Positions 10,524 through 20,733 of a DNA stretch of 64,000 nt are shown one piece after another. The notes under the pieces were generated by a model. The model saw only the letters and a program-made list of their open reading frames with translations. It was not told the DNA's origin and did not search any database. Origin of the DNA: Candidatus Thorarchaeota archaeon. Lineage in GTDB: Archaea; Asgardarchaeota; Thorarchaeia; Thorarchaeales; Thorarchaeaceae. A program made the position numbers and the translations under genes. Where the stretch lies: the NCBI GenBank assembly GCA_963726195.1, contig CAVSBO010000003.1:224001-288000 (forward strand), in the 5' to 3' direction. The first letter of the stretch is position 1. The number at the start of each line of letters is the position of its first letter.

Positions 10524-11441
10524 ATGTCTTATATGCTCGGAGTCACACTTGCTGTAGCATCTGGAATCTCAAACAACGTTGGCACTCTAGTACAGAAGAA
10601 GGTCGTTAACGAAGTTCCTCCAGAAGTGAGGGATGAGAGATTCATGAGAACCCTCGTGAGGAATCCGATGTGGATGTTTGGCATGATTCTTCAACTCGGG
10701 GTAGGTACAGTGTTCTTCATGCTTGCAACGAACTATATTGGTCCTGCACTAGTTCCCGGCCTGATGGCCGCAGGACTGATCGTTCTTGCGGTCGGGTCCA
10801 TCAAGCTCATACATGAATCGATCAGAGCCCCGGAAGCGGTTGGCATCACGCTCATGATTGTGGCTATCGTTCTCATTGGCGCCAGTTCTCTTGTGGTCGA
10901 TGCTTCTACCTTCAACTTTCTAGCACCTGATTTCTTGCTCCGAATATCGATCTTCACAGCGATCCTATTCCTAATCGTAGTCGTGCTCATTGTAACCGAG
11001 CGTCATTCAGTCAAACTAAAGGCTATCTCACTGGCGTTGATATCGGGGGTGATGTTCGCTCTGTCGAACTACTGGGTTAGTCCGCTCATGGGAACTATTG
11101 GGCACGTGCTGAGTGGAACCTTCGTGTTACCAGAGCTTGTGCTCTTCTCATTCGCAGCGGTGCTTCTCGTGCTAAACAATGTGGTTGGGATTAGTACTCT
11201 TCAGACTGCCTTCAAGTCCGGTCAGGCCAATATCCTAGTGCCGATTCAGCAGGTACCCATTCAAGTGACCCCGGCCCTTGTCTACTTCTTCGTGTTTGCC
11301 AAAGCTCCGCCCAATCAATTCTCATTCATGCTTTTGCTCATGGGCATTGCTGCGGTTGTCATGAGTTCGTTCCTGCTAGGCAGGCGGCAGGTCATGGTCG
11401 AGGCAACAAGACAAGAGTCGCATAGTAAACCTGAAAGCTGA
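10524..11441 (+). CDS. DMT-superfamily transporter (NIPA-like)
   Basis: About 9 TM helices; G-x-x-VQKK and LVRNPMWMFG N-terminal pattern. Confidence 0.7.
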   Translation: MSYMLGVTLAVASGISNNVGTLVQKKVVNEVPPEVRDERFMRTLVRNPMWMFGMILQLGVGTVFFMLATNYIGPALVPGLMAAGLIVLAVGSIKLIHESIRAPEAVGITLMIVAIVLIGASSLVVDASTFNFLAPDFLLRISIFTAILFLIVVVLIVTERHSVKLKAISLALISGVMFALSNYWVSPLMGTIGHVLSGTFVLPELVLFSFAAVLLVLNNVVGISTLQTAFKSGQANILVPIQQVPIQVTPALVYFFVFAKAPPNQFSFMLLLMGIAAVVMSSFLLGRRQVMVEATRQESHSKPES

Positions 11442-11536
11442 GAGCCAAACGCCGGAGGCCCTATCAGCTCAGGTTAAGTCTAAATACCCGCCTGCGGGAT
11501 TCGAAGACCCAACGCTGACAAGGAAGGTTCCCTCAA

Positions 11537-11890
11537 TTGGCTACGAAAAAGGATGTAAAAGATGCACTACAGAAGTGGATTCAACTACTAGAGAAGAACC
11601 CCGATGTGTCGGGGCAGTTTGCTGGTTACAAGAAGACCTTCTTGATGAACTTCACGGACCTCAAGTACTCTGTCCAGATGGTGTTTGATGGGTCCGGCAA
11701 AGCGAAGCTGGTAGACGGAACGGTCGCAAAGCCAGATATGAGCTTGGATGTGGATTCGACTCTTTTTCTGAAAATATCCAATGGCGAACTCGATCCGATG
11801 GAAGCATTCATGAGCGGCCAGCTGAAACCCAAGGGCAACATGGCTGACCTTGAGAAGATGGAAGTCTTCATGGACCTGTTCGAGCAGTAG
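11537..11890 (+). CDS. SCP2 sterol/lipid-binding domain protein
   Basis: GELDPMEAFMSGQLKPKGNM signature. Confidence 0.88.
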   Translation: MATKKDVKDALQKWIQLLEKNPDVSGQFAGYKKTFLMNFTDLKYSVQMVFDGSGKAKLVDGTVAKPDMSLDVDSTLFLKISNGELDPMEAFMSGQLKPKGNMADLEKMEVFMDLFEQ

Positions 11891-11932
11891 AGGTTCGCCG
11901 AACAAGGCCCCTTCATAATGGAGGTGCCCTTC

Positions 11933-13060
11933 ATGGAGCCAATCGGGTACAACAGAAAGAGAGCAAGTGAGATTCTCGACCGTTCAGGCATCGACGTACT
12001 GATTGCCTCGACGGACGCAAACGTATTCTATACAACGGGACTGCCAGTTGTCCACGTAGCGGACAACCCCATCCTTTGGGTACTGAAGAACCAATTCCCG
12101 TACATCTCGCTAGTCCGAAGGGATGGCGAGCTAAGTCTGTTCTATTGGATGGCCTATAGCAGCGCAGACAAGTTCTCATGGGTCAAGGATGCCACCGGGA
12201 TTGTCACGCCGCAGCAAGCCCTACAAGGAGTGGCAGACAAGATAAATGAGTGGCAGGGAAGCAAGAAGAAGACAATCGGCCTCGAAAGCCTGATGCCGAG
12301 GTATCAGTCAGAGTTCCTCAGGTCGAGGTTCCCCGAAGCAAACTTCGTTGAAGCAGATGATATCTTCCTTCAGATGAGGATTGTCAAATCTGACGAGGAA
12401 CTGCGTCGCATAAAGCGGTCGATGGAAGTTGCTGAGTCTGCAATAAGCGCCGTAATTGAAGCAGCTCACGAGAAAGTAACTGACAGGGAATTGCTGGAGG
12501 TAGCGCGTCAGAAAATTGTCGAATCGGGAGCACCCGGCTGGGATCACCTAACCATGGGAATTGGATCCTCGGACCCTGAGGCTCCAGGAGTCGGAACAAC
12601 GATGATGAAAGGCGACCTGAGTCGAATAGACGTGGGTGCTGTTTGGCAAGGATACGTTTCGGACCTAAGCCGCGAATTCGTAGTCGGAACCATTCCCGAA
12701 GGCGCTCAGGAAACAATGGACAGGCTCATCAAGGTGCAAGATTTCTGCGTTGAAAACATCAAGCCCGGAGTCAAGCCGGGCGATGTATTCAAGGCAGCAA
12801 TCGAATACCACAAGACTCTGAAGAAAGTATTACGACCAATTATCACATGCCATAGCTTGGGGATTGAGTGCGAAGAAATGCAGATGTTCTCTCCTATGAG
12901 AAGTGCGACAATTCCATTCCAAGAGAATATGACTGTCGATATTGAAGTCTGGCAACCTTTCCAGCAGTACCGTTTGGTTGGTATCGAGGACGCCTATCGA
13001 ATCACTTCGTCCGGGTGCGAGAGACTCTCAACTCTCGATAGAGAAATCGCAGTGAGATGA
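11933..13060 (+). CDS. M24 (Xaa-Pro peptidase / creatinase-fold) hydrolase
   Basis: RIVKSDEE, metal ligands D..SD..H..E..IED; GGAGGTG SD before ATG 11933. Confidence 0.85.
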   Translation: MEPIGYNRKRASEILDRSGIDVLIASTDANVFYTTGLPVVHVADNPILWVLKNQFPYISLVRRDGELSLFYWMAYSSADKFSWVKDATGIVTPQQALQGVADKINEWQGSKKKTIGLESLMPRYQSEFLRSRFPEANFVEADDIFLQMRIVKSDEELRRIKRSMEVAESAISAVIEAAHEKVTDRELLEVARQKIVESGAPGWDHLTMGIGSSDPEAPGVGTTMMKGDLSRIDVGAVWQGYVSDLSREFVVGTIPEGAQETMDRLIKVQDFCVENIKPGVKPGDVFKAAIEYHKTLKKVLRPIITCHSLGIECEEMQMFSPMRSATIPFQENMTVDIEVWQPFQQYRLVGIEDAYRITSSGCERLSTLDREIAVR

Positions 13061-13069
13061 GAACAGAAG

Positions 13070-13846
13070 ATGAGAGTGAAGGACAAAGTAGTTGTGTTGA
13101 CAGGAGCTGCCTCGGGCATTGGCAGAGCTGCTGCGGTTCTTCTTGCGAAAGAGGGAGCTATTCAGGTTCTCTCAGATGTCAATGAGCAGGGACTGAAAGA
13201 AACCTTAGCCTCGATTCGTGAGGGGAAGGAGCGAACGACCACCCAGAAGTGTGATGTGACCAAGCCCGACGAAGTCAAGCGGATGGTCGATGGCGTCATA
13301 GCCAAGTACAAGCGAATTGACGTTTTGATAGCGAATGCGGGAGTCGTGAGGGTTGGGCCAATCGAAGACTTCTCGGATCAGGACTACGACCTCCTCATCA
13401 ATGTCAACCTAAGGGGTACGTTCTACACCTGCAAGTTTGCCGTTCCCTACTTGAAGAAGCAGAAGCATGGTTCAATCATCACACTTGCATCTGTGGCAGC
13501 CCACATCGGTCAAGTGAACCACGCGAATTACTGTTCGACAAAGGCGGGCATTCTTGGTTTCACACGCGCCCTTGCACTGGATCTCGCTCCCTACGGCGTT
13601 CGAGTGAACTCGGTCTCACCTGGCGCAACTGACACGCCCATGCTTGTAAGTGATGTGACGAAGCAGGCCCGTGAACGCGGCGTGGATTACGCCATTGTGA
13701 AAAAGGAGTTCGAGTCCGAAGGCGTCATGGGTCGTTGGGCTACGGCCGAAGAGGTCGCGTACGGCATCGTGTTTTTGGCCAGCGATGAGTCGTCGTACAT
13801 GACGGGGTCGGACCTAAGGATGGATGGGGGTTGGACAGCTAGGTAG
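13070..13846 (+). CDS. SDR-family oxidoreductase
   Basis: TGAASGIG, NAG, YCSTK, DGG. Confidence 0.92.
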   Translation: MRVKDKVVVLTGAASGIGRAAAVLLAKEGAIQVLSDVNEQGLKETLASIREGKERTTTQKCDVTKPDEVKRMVDGVIAKYKRIDVLIANAGVVRVGPIEDFSDQDYDLLINVNLRGTFYTCKFAVPYLKKQKHGSIITLASVAAHIGQVNHANYCSTKAGILGFTRALALDLAPYGVRVNSVSPGATDTPMLVSDVTKQARERGVDYAIVKKEFESEGVMGRWATAEEVAYGIVFLASDESSYMTGSDLRMDGGWTAR

Positions 13847-13934
13847 TAGACGAGATTCTACGACTTTTCCTTGCCATCGCCCCCAAACCGTGCGTGCGTA
13901 GCCTTTATCTGGGACACTCCGTTGTCGACTAGCT

Positions 13935-15983
13935 ATGTCGAGGCCGCCAGTGGCAAAGAGGGAGCCGCGTCAGCTCAAGATACATGGAAAGACACTCGTT
14001 GACAATTACTTCTGGCTAAGGAACAAGGATTCTGAAGATGTTGTGAGCTACCTCACAGCCGAGAATGCCTATACCGAGGAAATGATGGCTGATACCAAGA
14101 GCCTTCAGGAGCAGCTCTTCCAAGAGATGAAAGGCAGGATCAAGGAAACTGATCAGAGCGCTCCGATGAAACACGGAGACTACTTCTACTATTATCGGAC
14201 CGAAGAGGGCAAGGACTACCGCATTCACTGTCGAAAGCATACGGCAATGAGCGCTCCCGAGGAAATCATACTCGACGAAAACGACGTGGCAAAGGGAAAG
14301 AAGTACATGAGTATAGAGAGCCTGAAGATTAGTCCTGACCACAAGAGACTCGCATACTCGGTTGATTTTACAGGAGGAACCACGTATGATATCCGAATCG
14401 TGGACCTTGATTCAAGAAGAATCATTGACACCGTCGAACAAGTTGGCGGACAGATTGAATGGGATTGGGACAGCAATGCTATCTTCTACTCAAAGCTCGA
14501 TAACATCCACCGTGACTACACTGTGTCGGTTCACATAATAGGCACCGGAAGCTCGCAAGATGAAGCTTTTACGAAGAACCAGACACTTCGTTGTTTGTTG
14601 TTCTCTCTAAGTCCAGTGACAAGAAGTACCTCTTTGCTAAGGTTGGTCAGCTACGGCTCAGAAACTTTTGACGTTCGTTACCTAGAGCTGAGCGGCCTGA
14701 CCGCAAACTTGGGACATTCTTGGCACGTAGAGAGGGTGTCGAAACCGACATTCAGCACCATCACGGATACTTCTACTTCTCCACGAATCTTGAGGATCGG
14801 ATGACGTTCAAATTGATGAGAACACCGGTCTTCGATGTTAGTCGCGCCAGCTGGGAGAGCGTCATCGACCAAAGCATCGAGGCCCGCCAACCTTGGCTCT
14901 TAGCCTTCGAAAACTACTTGGTCACAGGCAAGCGCAAGGACGGATACGCGTGCTTCATGATCTATGATTTCTCAACAGGGGAGACTCATGACATTGATCT
15001 GCCCGAGAGCATTTACGCACTCGAAGTACCCGATGATAACCACGAGTTCGAGTCGGACTCATTTCGATTCGTCTTTCAGCTCCACAGTCACACCTACAAC
15101 AGTATACGACTACAACATGGCGACCCGGAGGCTCGAAGTAAAGAAGATTGATGAAATAAGGAATCACAAACCAGTGGATTTCGTTACAGAACGTGGGTAT
15201 GCTACAGCTAAGGACGGAACAAAGGTACCAATCTCGATTGCCTACAGAAAAGGGACCAAGATGAATAGGAGAAGTCCCTTGGTCCTGTATGGATATGGTT
15301 CCTATGGATACTCATCTGACCCCGGCTTTGACTCAATGAGGTTGAGCCTTATTCAGCGGGGTTTCATCTATGCCACTGCTCATGTGCGTGGCGGCGGAGA
15401 GTATGGCAGGCTCTGGTATCATCAGGGCAAGCTCTCGAACAAAATGAACACGTTTACAGACTTTGTTGCTTGTGCAGAGTACTTGGTCCATGAGGGATTC
15501 ACGTCGAGAGATAGACTGTGCATTCTTGGAGGCAGTGCAGGCGGGCTGCTTATTGGTGCTGTCTTGAACCTTCGACCTAATCTTTTTGCATGCGCAGTAC
15601 CGCGCGTTCCTTTTGTCGATGTGATAAACACCATGCTCGACGACACGATTCCACTGACGACATTCGAGTACAAAGAGTGGGGTGACGCTAGAATCAAGAA
15701 CCAGTTTGACTGGATGATTCGCTACTCGCCCTACGACAATGTGAACGCAAGAAAGTACCCGCCGATGCTAATCACAGCGGGGTACAACGATCCGAATGTT
15801 GCTTACTGGGAGCCTGCCAAGTGGACAGCAAAACTGCGAAGCCTCAACACTGACGGAAATCTCCTGCTCCTATGGACGCGGATGGAGAGCGGCCATGCCG
15901 GCCTCAGCGGCCGATATGAAAAGATGAAGGAGGGGGCATTCATCTATGCATTCATCTTGAAGACTCTGCACATAGCGGCTTGA
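13935..15983 (+). CDS. ptrB: Oligopeptidase B (S9A), about 4 apparent indels between 14570 and 15075
   Basis: DNYFWLR, YGYGSYG, RGGGEYG, GGSAGG nucleophile, YSPYDN, GH; spread over three ORF-track pieces. Confidence 0.88.
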
Positions 15984-16022
15984 ACCTCAGAGGATACTCC
16001 TTGTTACAGCTATGTGATTCTG

Positions 16023-16772
16023 CTAGACCGTCATTCCGCCGTCAACTGAAAGAATGGCTCCTGTGCAAAACCCGTCGAGAATCAAGAACAGGATTCCTTC
16101 GGCTATCTCATCAGGTTTTCCAAAACGCCCTAGAGGCTGTCGCGCTATGAATTGCTTTCGTGCTGCATCTGGGTCTGGGAGTTGGGCAATTCTCTGCTGC
16201 AGTGATGGCGTATCGGTCGTCCCGGGACATATGCAATTCACTCGAATGCGGTCCTCGACGTAGTCCGCCGCCATTGCGCGAGTGAGCGAGACCACTGCTC
16301 CCTTTGATGCAGAGTATGCCGCTCGGTCCTTCACGCCCTTTATTGCAACAGACGAGCCAGTGTTGATTATCACGCCCTGAGTTTTCTTCAGATAAGGAAT
16401 CGCGAACTTGGAAACAAGATAGGTACCCCGCACGTTCACTGCCATTGTCCTGTCCCAGTCCGAATCGGTAGCGTTGTCCACGCGTCCCGGGATCACGATA
16501 CCCGCAATGTTGCAAAGGATATCCAGCTGCTTGTAAGCGTCTACAGCCTTGCTTACTATCCTCTTTGCATCTTCGGCAACTGCGACGTCCCCCTGCTCGA
16601 AAACCGCATCTCCGCCTGCTTGTTTGATCTCCTTAGCAACTGTGGATCCCTGTTCGGAGGTGCCATTGCACACGACTCTTGCGCCTTCCTTGGCGAGCAG
16701 CTTTGCCGTCGCTTCACCGATACCCGCACTCGAGCCAGTGACAATCGCAACCTTTCCTTTCAAACGCATCAT
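16023..16772 (-). CDS. SDR-family oxidoreductase
   Basis: TGSSAGIG, YSASK, CPGTTDTP, DGG. Confidence 0.92.
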   Translation of the reverse strand: MMRLKGKVAIVTGSSAGIGEATAKLLAKEGARVVCNGTSEQGSTVAKEIKQAGGDAVFEQGDVAVAEDAKRIVSKAVDAYKQLDILCNIAGIVIPGRVDNATDSDWDRTMAVNVRGTYLVSKFAIPYLKKTQGVIINTGSSVAIKGVKDRAAYSASKGAVVSLTRAMAADYVEDRIRVNCICPGTTDTPSLQQRIAQLPDPDAARKQFIARQPLGRFGKPDEIAEGILFLILDGFCTGAILSVDGGMTV

Positions 16773-16795
16773 TACTCCTCCTCGATATCGTGATT

Positions 16796-17599
16796 CTACA
16801 ACCCGATGAGTTTCCGTGCCTCAGAGGGGTCAGCGACTTCGCGGCCTATTTCTCTAGACAGGCGGACTGCCCGGGACACAATCTCAGCATTGTTCTTCGC
16901 TGGAACACCTGACGAGATGAATGGGTTGTCTTCAGTGCCGACTCTCACATTGCCGCCAGTGGCAATAGCAAGACCTACAATCTTCATCTGCTCCTCGCCC
17001 ATCACGCTTACTGTGTGGATGCAATCACGGGGCATGTACTTCAACCGATGCAGATACTCATCCGGCGTAGGCGGAGACCAAGTACCTCCAGGCCAATTGA
17101 AGAACAATGTAAGCACATAGGGCGGCTTGAGCAGCCCTTTGTCAATCAAGTACTGGAGATTCCAGAATGAACCAGTGTGCCACACCTCCCACTCGGGCTT
17201 GATGCGCAAACCCTGGCATCGCTTGCAGTAGCGCTCTAACTCGTCAAGCGTGTGTATCTGGTTGACGGAGAGCTTGGTGAAATGCTCGTCATGGTGGTTC
17301 AGGATGATGCTCATCATGTCAGGCTTTGCCTTGAAGGTGTTTTCGCGCTGCTCAATCGGGTAGCTAGACATCCCTCCTTGGATTATTACATCGGTCTGCT
17401 CACGAATCATCTTGACTACATCCTGTTCCTGACCCAAGGGTAAGTGCACATGAGCGATGGCGGCGCCTGCTTCAGCACAATCGACTACATCCTTGACCAG
17501 GGCCTCAGTGGTCTCTGCCCAGTTCTTGACCTCAGGGTGAATCCATGAATTCGCAGTAGTGGCAGTAATGACGAGCTTGTCCTGCACCAACCAAGTCAC
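16796..17599 (-). CDS. Beta-keto acid cleavage enzyme (BKACE/DUF849, Kce-like)
   Basis: AGAAIAHVH Zn motif, KPEWEV, GGNVRVGTEDN, NAEIV. Confidence 0.88.
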   Translation of the reverse strand: MTWLVQDKLVITATTANSWIHPEVKNWAETTEALVKDVVDCAEAGAAIAHVHLPLGQEQDVVKMIREQTDVIIQGGMSSYPIEQRENTFKAKPDMMSIILNHHDEHFTKLSVNQIHTLDELERYCKRCQGLRIKPEWEVWHTGSFWNLQYLIDKGLLKPPYVLTLFFNWPGGTWSPPTPDEYLHRLKYMPRDCIHTVSVMGEEQMKIVGLAIATGGNVRVGTEDNPFISSGVPAKNNAEIVSRAVRLSREIGREVADPSEARKLIGL

Positions 17600-17746
17600 C
17601 TACTTACCCCCCAAGACACACTGGCTAAAAAAGCCGCGTACCAATATCATGAGTCGCTAGGCATCTCCATTCGGTCGTCGGCAACTAACTAGAACACCGA
17701 GCTGGAGCGAGTCTCCTTTAAGTGCTGACAACTGAGACGAGCAATC

Positions 17747-18817
17747 ATGGAGCTTCTTCACTCCAGTTGGGGTTCCATCGGAGGACGAACATCGAAGCTG
17801 TTTACAGTGAGAGATGATGACTCAGGTTTTCAGGTGTCCATATCTGATCTGGGGGCTTCGGTAGTTCGGGTAATCATGCCGGACCGGCATGGAAATCTCT
17901 CAGACGTAGCCTTCGGCCAAGATTCCGCAGAGCAGTTGGTCAAGCAAGGAGGCTATCTCGGAACCACTCTCGGTCGAGTGGCGGGCCGTATCGCAAACGC
18001 AAGATTCACCATGGATGGTAAAGAGCACGCTCTTTTTGCCAACGCATCGGGCGGTCACTCGCTGCACGGAGGAAAGGAAGGATTCGACAAGAAGATCTGG
18101 ACTCTGAAACTGAAGCAAGTTCTTCGCGAAGAAAACAGTGTGGCGTTATTGTTCGAGTATGTCAGTCCGGACGGAGAAGAAGGGTACCCCGGGAGACTAC
18201 AAACGCTGCTCACATACAGAATCACCCCTATGGAGCTGACTTGGGAGTATCAGGCAAAGACGGACCAGCCAACCATTGTCAATCTGACCAATCACTCATA
18301 CTGGAACTTGGACGGTCTCGACACCTTGGTGGACAATCTACGCATCAGGATCGATTCCTCTCGATACATGCCTGCTGACACGAACACGATTCCAATCGGT
18401 GAAATCAAGGACCTGAAAGGCACAACTCTCGACTGTCGCTCGCCAAAGCCTTTCTCAGAAGTCTTCTCCTCTTACGGCGATGTTGATGATGTGTTTCTTC
18501 TAGACGGGTTTGGACGCAAGAAAAAGCCCGAGGACATGGTCTTCGCCGCTGAGCTCTACTCGCCAACAACCGGGAGAAGAATGGAACTCTACACGACTGA
18601 ACCTTCTCTTGTTGTGTATACTGGCAACCATATGGCGTCACTGAAGTCATTCGGAAAGCCATGTCGAAAGCATTCAGCCGTATGCCTTGAAGACCAACGA
18701 CCACCGAATGCTATCAATGACCCTCGCTTTGCTCAGACCGTTGTCTTGAGGCCAGACGAAACCTACTATCATAGAACGTTTCTTAGATTCAGGGTTGGCG
18801 ACCGCAAATCGGCGTGA
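17747..18817 (+). CDS. galM: Aldose 1-epimerase (mutarotase)
   Basis: GRVAGRI, HSLHGG, DGEEGYPG, NLTNHSYWNL, CLE. Confidence 0.92.
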   Translation: MELLHSSWGSIGGRTSKLFTVRDDDSGFQVSISDLGASVVRVIMPDRHGNLSDVAFGQDSAEQLVKQGGYLGTTLGRVAGRIANARFTMDGKEHALFANASGGHSLHGGKEGFDKKIWTLKLKQVLREENSVALLFEYVSPDGEEGYPGRLQTLLTYRITPMELTWEYQAKTDQPTIVNLTNHSYWNLDGLDTLVDNLRIRIDSSRYMPADTNTIPIGEIKDLKGTTLDCRSPKPFSEVFSSYGDVDDVFLLDGFGRKKKPEDMVFAAELYSPTTGRRMELYTTEPSLVVYTGNHMASLKSFGKPCRKHSAVCLEDQRPPNAINDPRFAQTVVLRPDETYYHRTFLRFRVGDRKSA

Positions 18818-18871
18818 AACGCATGACCTCAAGTCTGCTAAAATTCCCTGGACCCCAGTTCTTGTGCCGCT

Positions 18872-19543
18872 TTAGAATTGCTTACGTTTGAACACATATA
18901 ATGTGAAGGCTAGACAAAGAGTCGTTACGACCAGACCTGATAGAATTGCCAACGGTATAGGATCGGCAGATGGGTCGAAGTAGTTGGGAAGCATGGGAAC
19001 TAGGATGAGCAGTTCTCCTCCGAAGATTGCTGCTATTGCCGCGAGAGCAACGGATGAAACAAACATGCCAATCAACAGAGCTGCGGCGCACGTCATCGCC
19101 ATTGCAGACAAGGTGACGACCACAGATGTCACAATCTCGTTCCACTGCGATCCAATAGCGACGCCAAGCCAAGAATCGATGAGCATGCCTGAGGCGAGTG
19201 AGATGACGGTTGCTGCAACAAGACACGTGTAGGTCGCGGCAAACTTCGCCAGAATCAGACTACTACGCCTGACCGGTCTTATCAGAAACAGTTCGTAGAC
19301 CTTCTGATTTCTCTCACTGACGACCGCCGCGCTAAGACTGACTGAGGCCAATGGCCCACCTAACCCGGCGATTGTAATGCTTACAACGTATGAGAGAGAC
19401 CAGCCTCGCAAAGCTGGTTGTATGAGAGGTTGGAGGACGTGCAGCGCAATCGTCAAGGCGGGCAGTCCAACCCATAGTGCCAGCATGACGTACGACTTGT
19501 AGAACCCCTTCATCTCGTCAGCAAACAAAAGGCCAAGGGCCAC
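18872..19543 (-). CDS. ABC-2 type permease
   Basis: 6 TM helices; SERNQKVYELFLIRPVRRSSLILAKF. Confidence 0.85.
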   Translation of the reverse strand: MALGLLFADEMKGFYKSYVMLALWVGLPALTIALHVLQPLIQPALRGWSLSYVVSITIAGLGGPLASVSLSAAVVSERNQKVYELFLIRPVRRSSLILAKFAATYTCLVAATVISLASGMLIDSWLGVAIGSQWNEIVTSVVVTLSAMAMTCAAALLIGMFVSSVALAAIAAIFGGELLILVPMLPNYFDPSADPIPLAILSGLVVTTLCLAFTLYVFKRKQF

Positions 19544-20499
19544 TAGAGCTCACCTCCGACGAATCTGAGATAGACTTCCTCAAGACTGGGTCTAACGAGA
19601 TTGAGATTCCGGACCTGACAGCCAGACTGAACAAGTTTGCGAAGTATCAAGGTCATGGTTGCGTCCACATCCGCATCATGGGTCATGTGAAGCAGAGTCC
19701 TGCTTGAAGTCATCTCCTCGACTTTCTCAATGCCATCAACGGTTCCAAAGCTAGGTAGAGAACGAGAACCTTTGTTCAAAACCACCTCGACAACATTGCC
19801 AACCTGAAAATGACTCTGCAACTCGTCTGGCGTGCCGACTTTGAGCATTTGACCATGATTCAGTATCCCAATACGGTCAGAGATGTCCTGAACATCATTT
19901 AGGATATGAGAAGAGAGAAAGACGGTAGTTCCGTTATTGGCCATATCCCTAATCATCACTCTGACTTGATGGCGAGCCTCTGGGTCAAGTCCCGACATTG
20001 GCTCATCAAGCACGAGGAGACTGGGACTGTGGAGTATCGCCTGAGCAAGTCTCACCTTCTGAATCATACCGCCTGATAGATGAACTACGCGCTTGTACCG
20101 GACGTCAGTCAGCCTAGTAAGCTCTAGAACCTGAGGGATTCTCTCTTTGAGTTCCTGTTGGCTAAGTCCCGACAATCTGCCGAGGGTTGTTAGGACATGG
20201 TCCACGGTGCGCCACTCTTGGAAGCCTGCTTCCTGAGGGAGGTATCCTAGCACTCTGTGAAGGCCATTTTCCTTGCTCTTGATGTCATGGCCATCGACTA
20301 TGACTGAACCTTCGAAGTTGGGAATGAGCCCGACAAGTATCTTCATGGTTGTAGTCTTGCCTGCACCATTCGGACCTATGTAGCCGAATACCTCACCTGC
20401 TCCTATCTCAAACGACACATTATCAAGGGCAACGACATCCCGATATCTCTTTGAAACGCCGTTGAATTCAATCACGTTGCTCTTGTTCACATACTTCAC
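19543..20499 (-). CDS. ABC transporter ATP-binding protein
   Basis: GPNGAGKTT, LSGGM, LDEP, SSH, SLEEVY. Confidence 0.95.
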   Translation of the reverse strand: MKYVNKSNVIEFNGVSKRYRDVVALDNVSFEIGAGEVFGYIGPNGAGKTTTMKILVGLIPNFEGSVIVDGHDIKSKENGLHRVLGYLPQEAGFQEWRTVDHVLTTLGRLSGLSQQELKERIPQVLELTRLTDVRYKRVVHLSGGMIQKVRLAQAILHSPSLLVLDEPMSGLDPEARHQVRVMIRDMANNGTTVFLSSHILNDVQDISDRIGILNHGQMLKVGTPDELQSHFQVGNVVEVVLNKGSRSLPSFGTVDGIEKVEEMTSSRTLLHMTHDADVDATMTLILRKLVQSGCQVRNLNLVRPSLEEVYLRFVGGEL

Positions 20500-20733
20500 C
20501 GCAAAGCGAGCCTAGATAGTCATGGCAGTGTTCTTTCACCCCTATCATTCAGCGGGATAAGGATTTGGGGCAGACACGAAGAGACGTTCTTTCGAACGAA
20601 TCAGGAACAAGCACATTCTCCCGCGACTCAGCCACCCTTAGGGTGGGCGCGCCCTCCGGAAGAAACATAACGGATATTCGAAAGACTCAGCTGCAATTCC
20701 GAATGGAATCTTGAAGCCGCGGAGTGACAAAGC

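Noticed and set aside
13935-15983. Pseudogene or programmed frameshifting in oligopeptidase B
   Set aside because: Catalytic motifs are intact and indels are frequent window-wide, so assembly error is more parsimonious
20632-20646. Short palindrome CCACCCTTAGGGTGG upstream of the M32 gene
   Set aside because: 7-bp arms, single occurrence; could be chance
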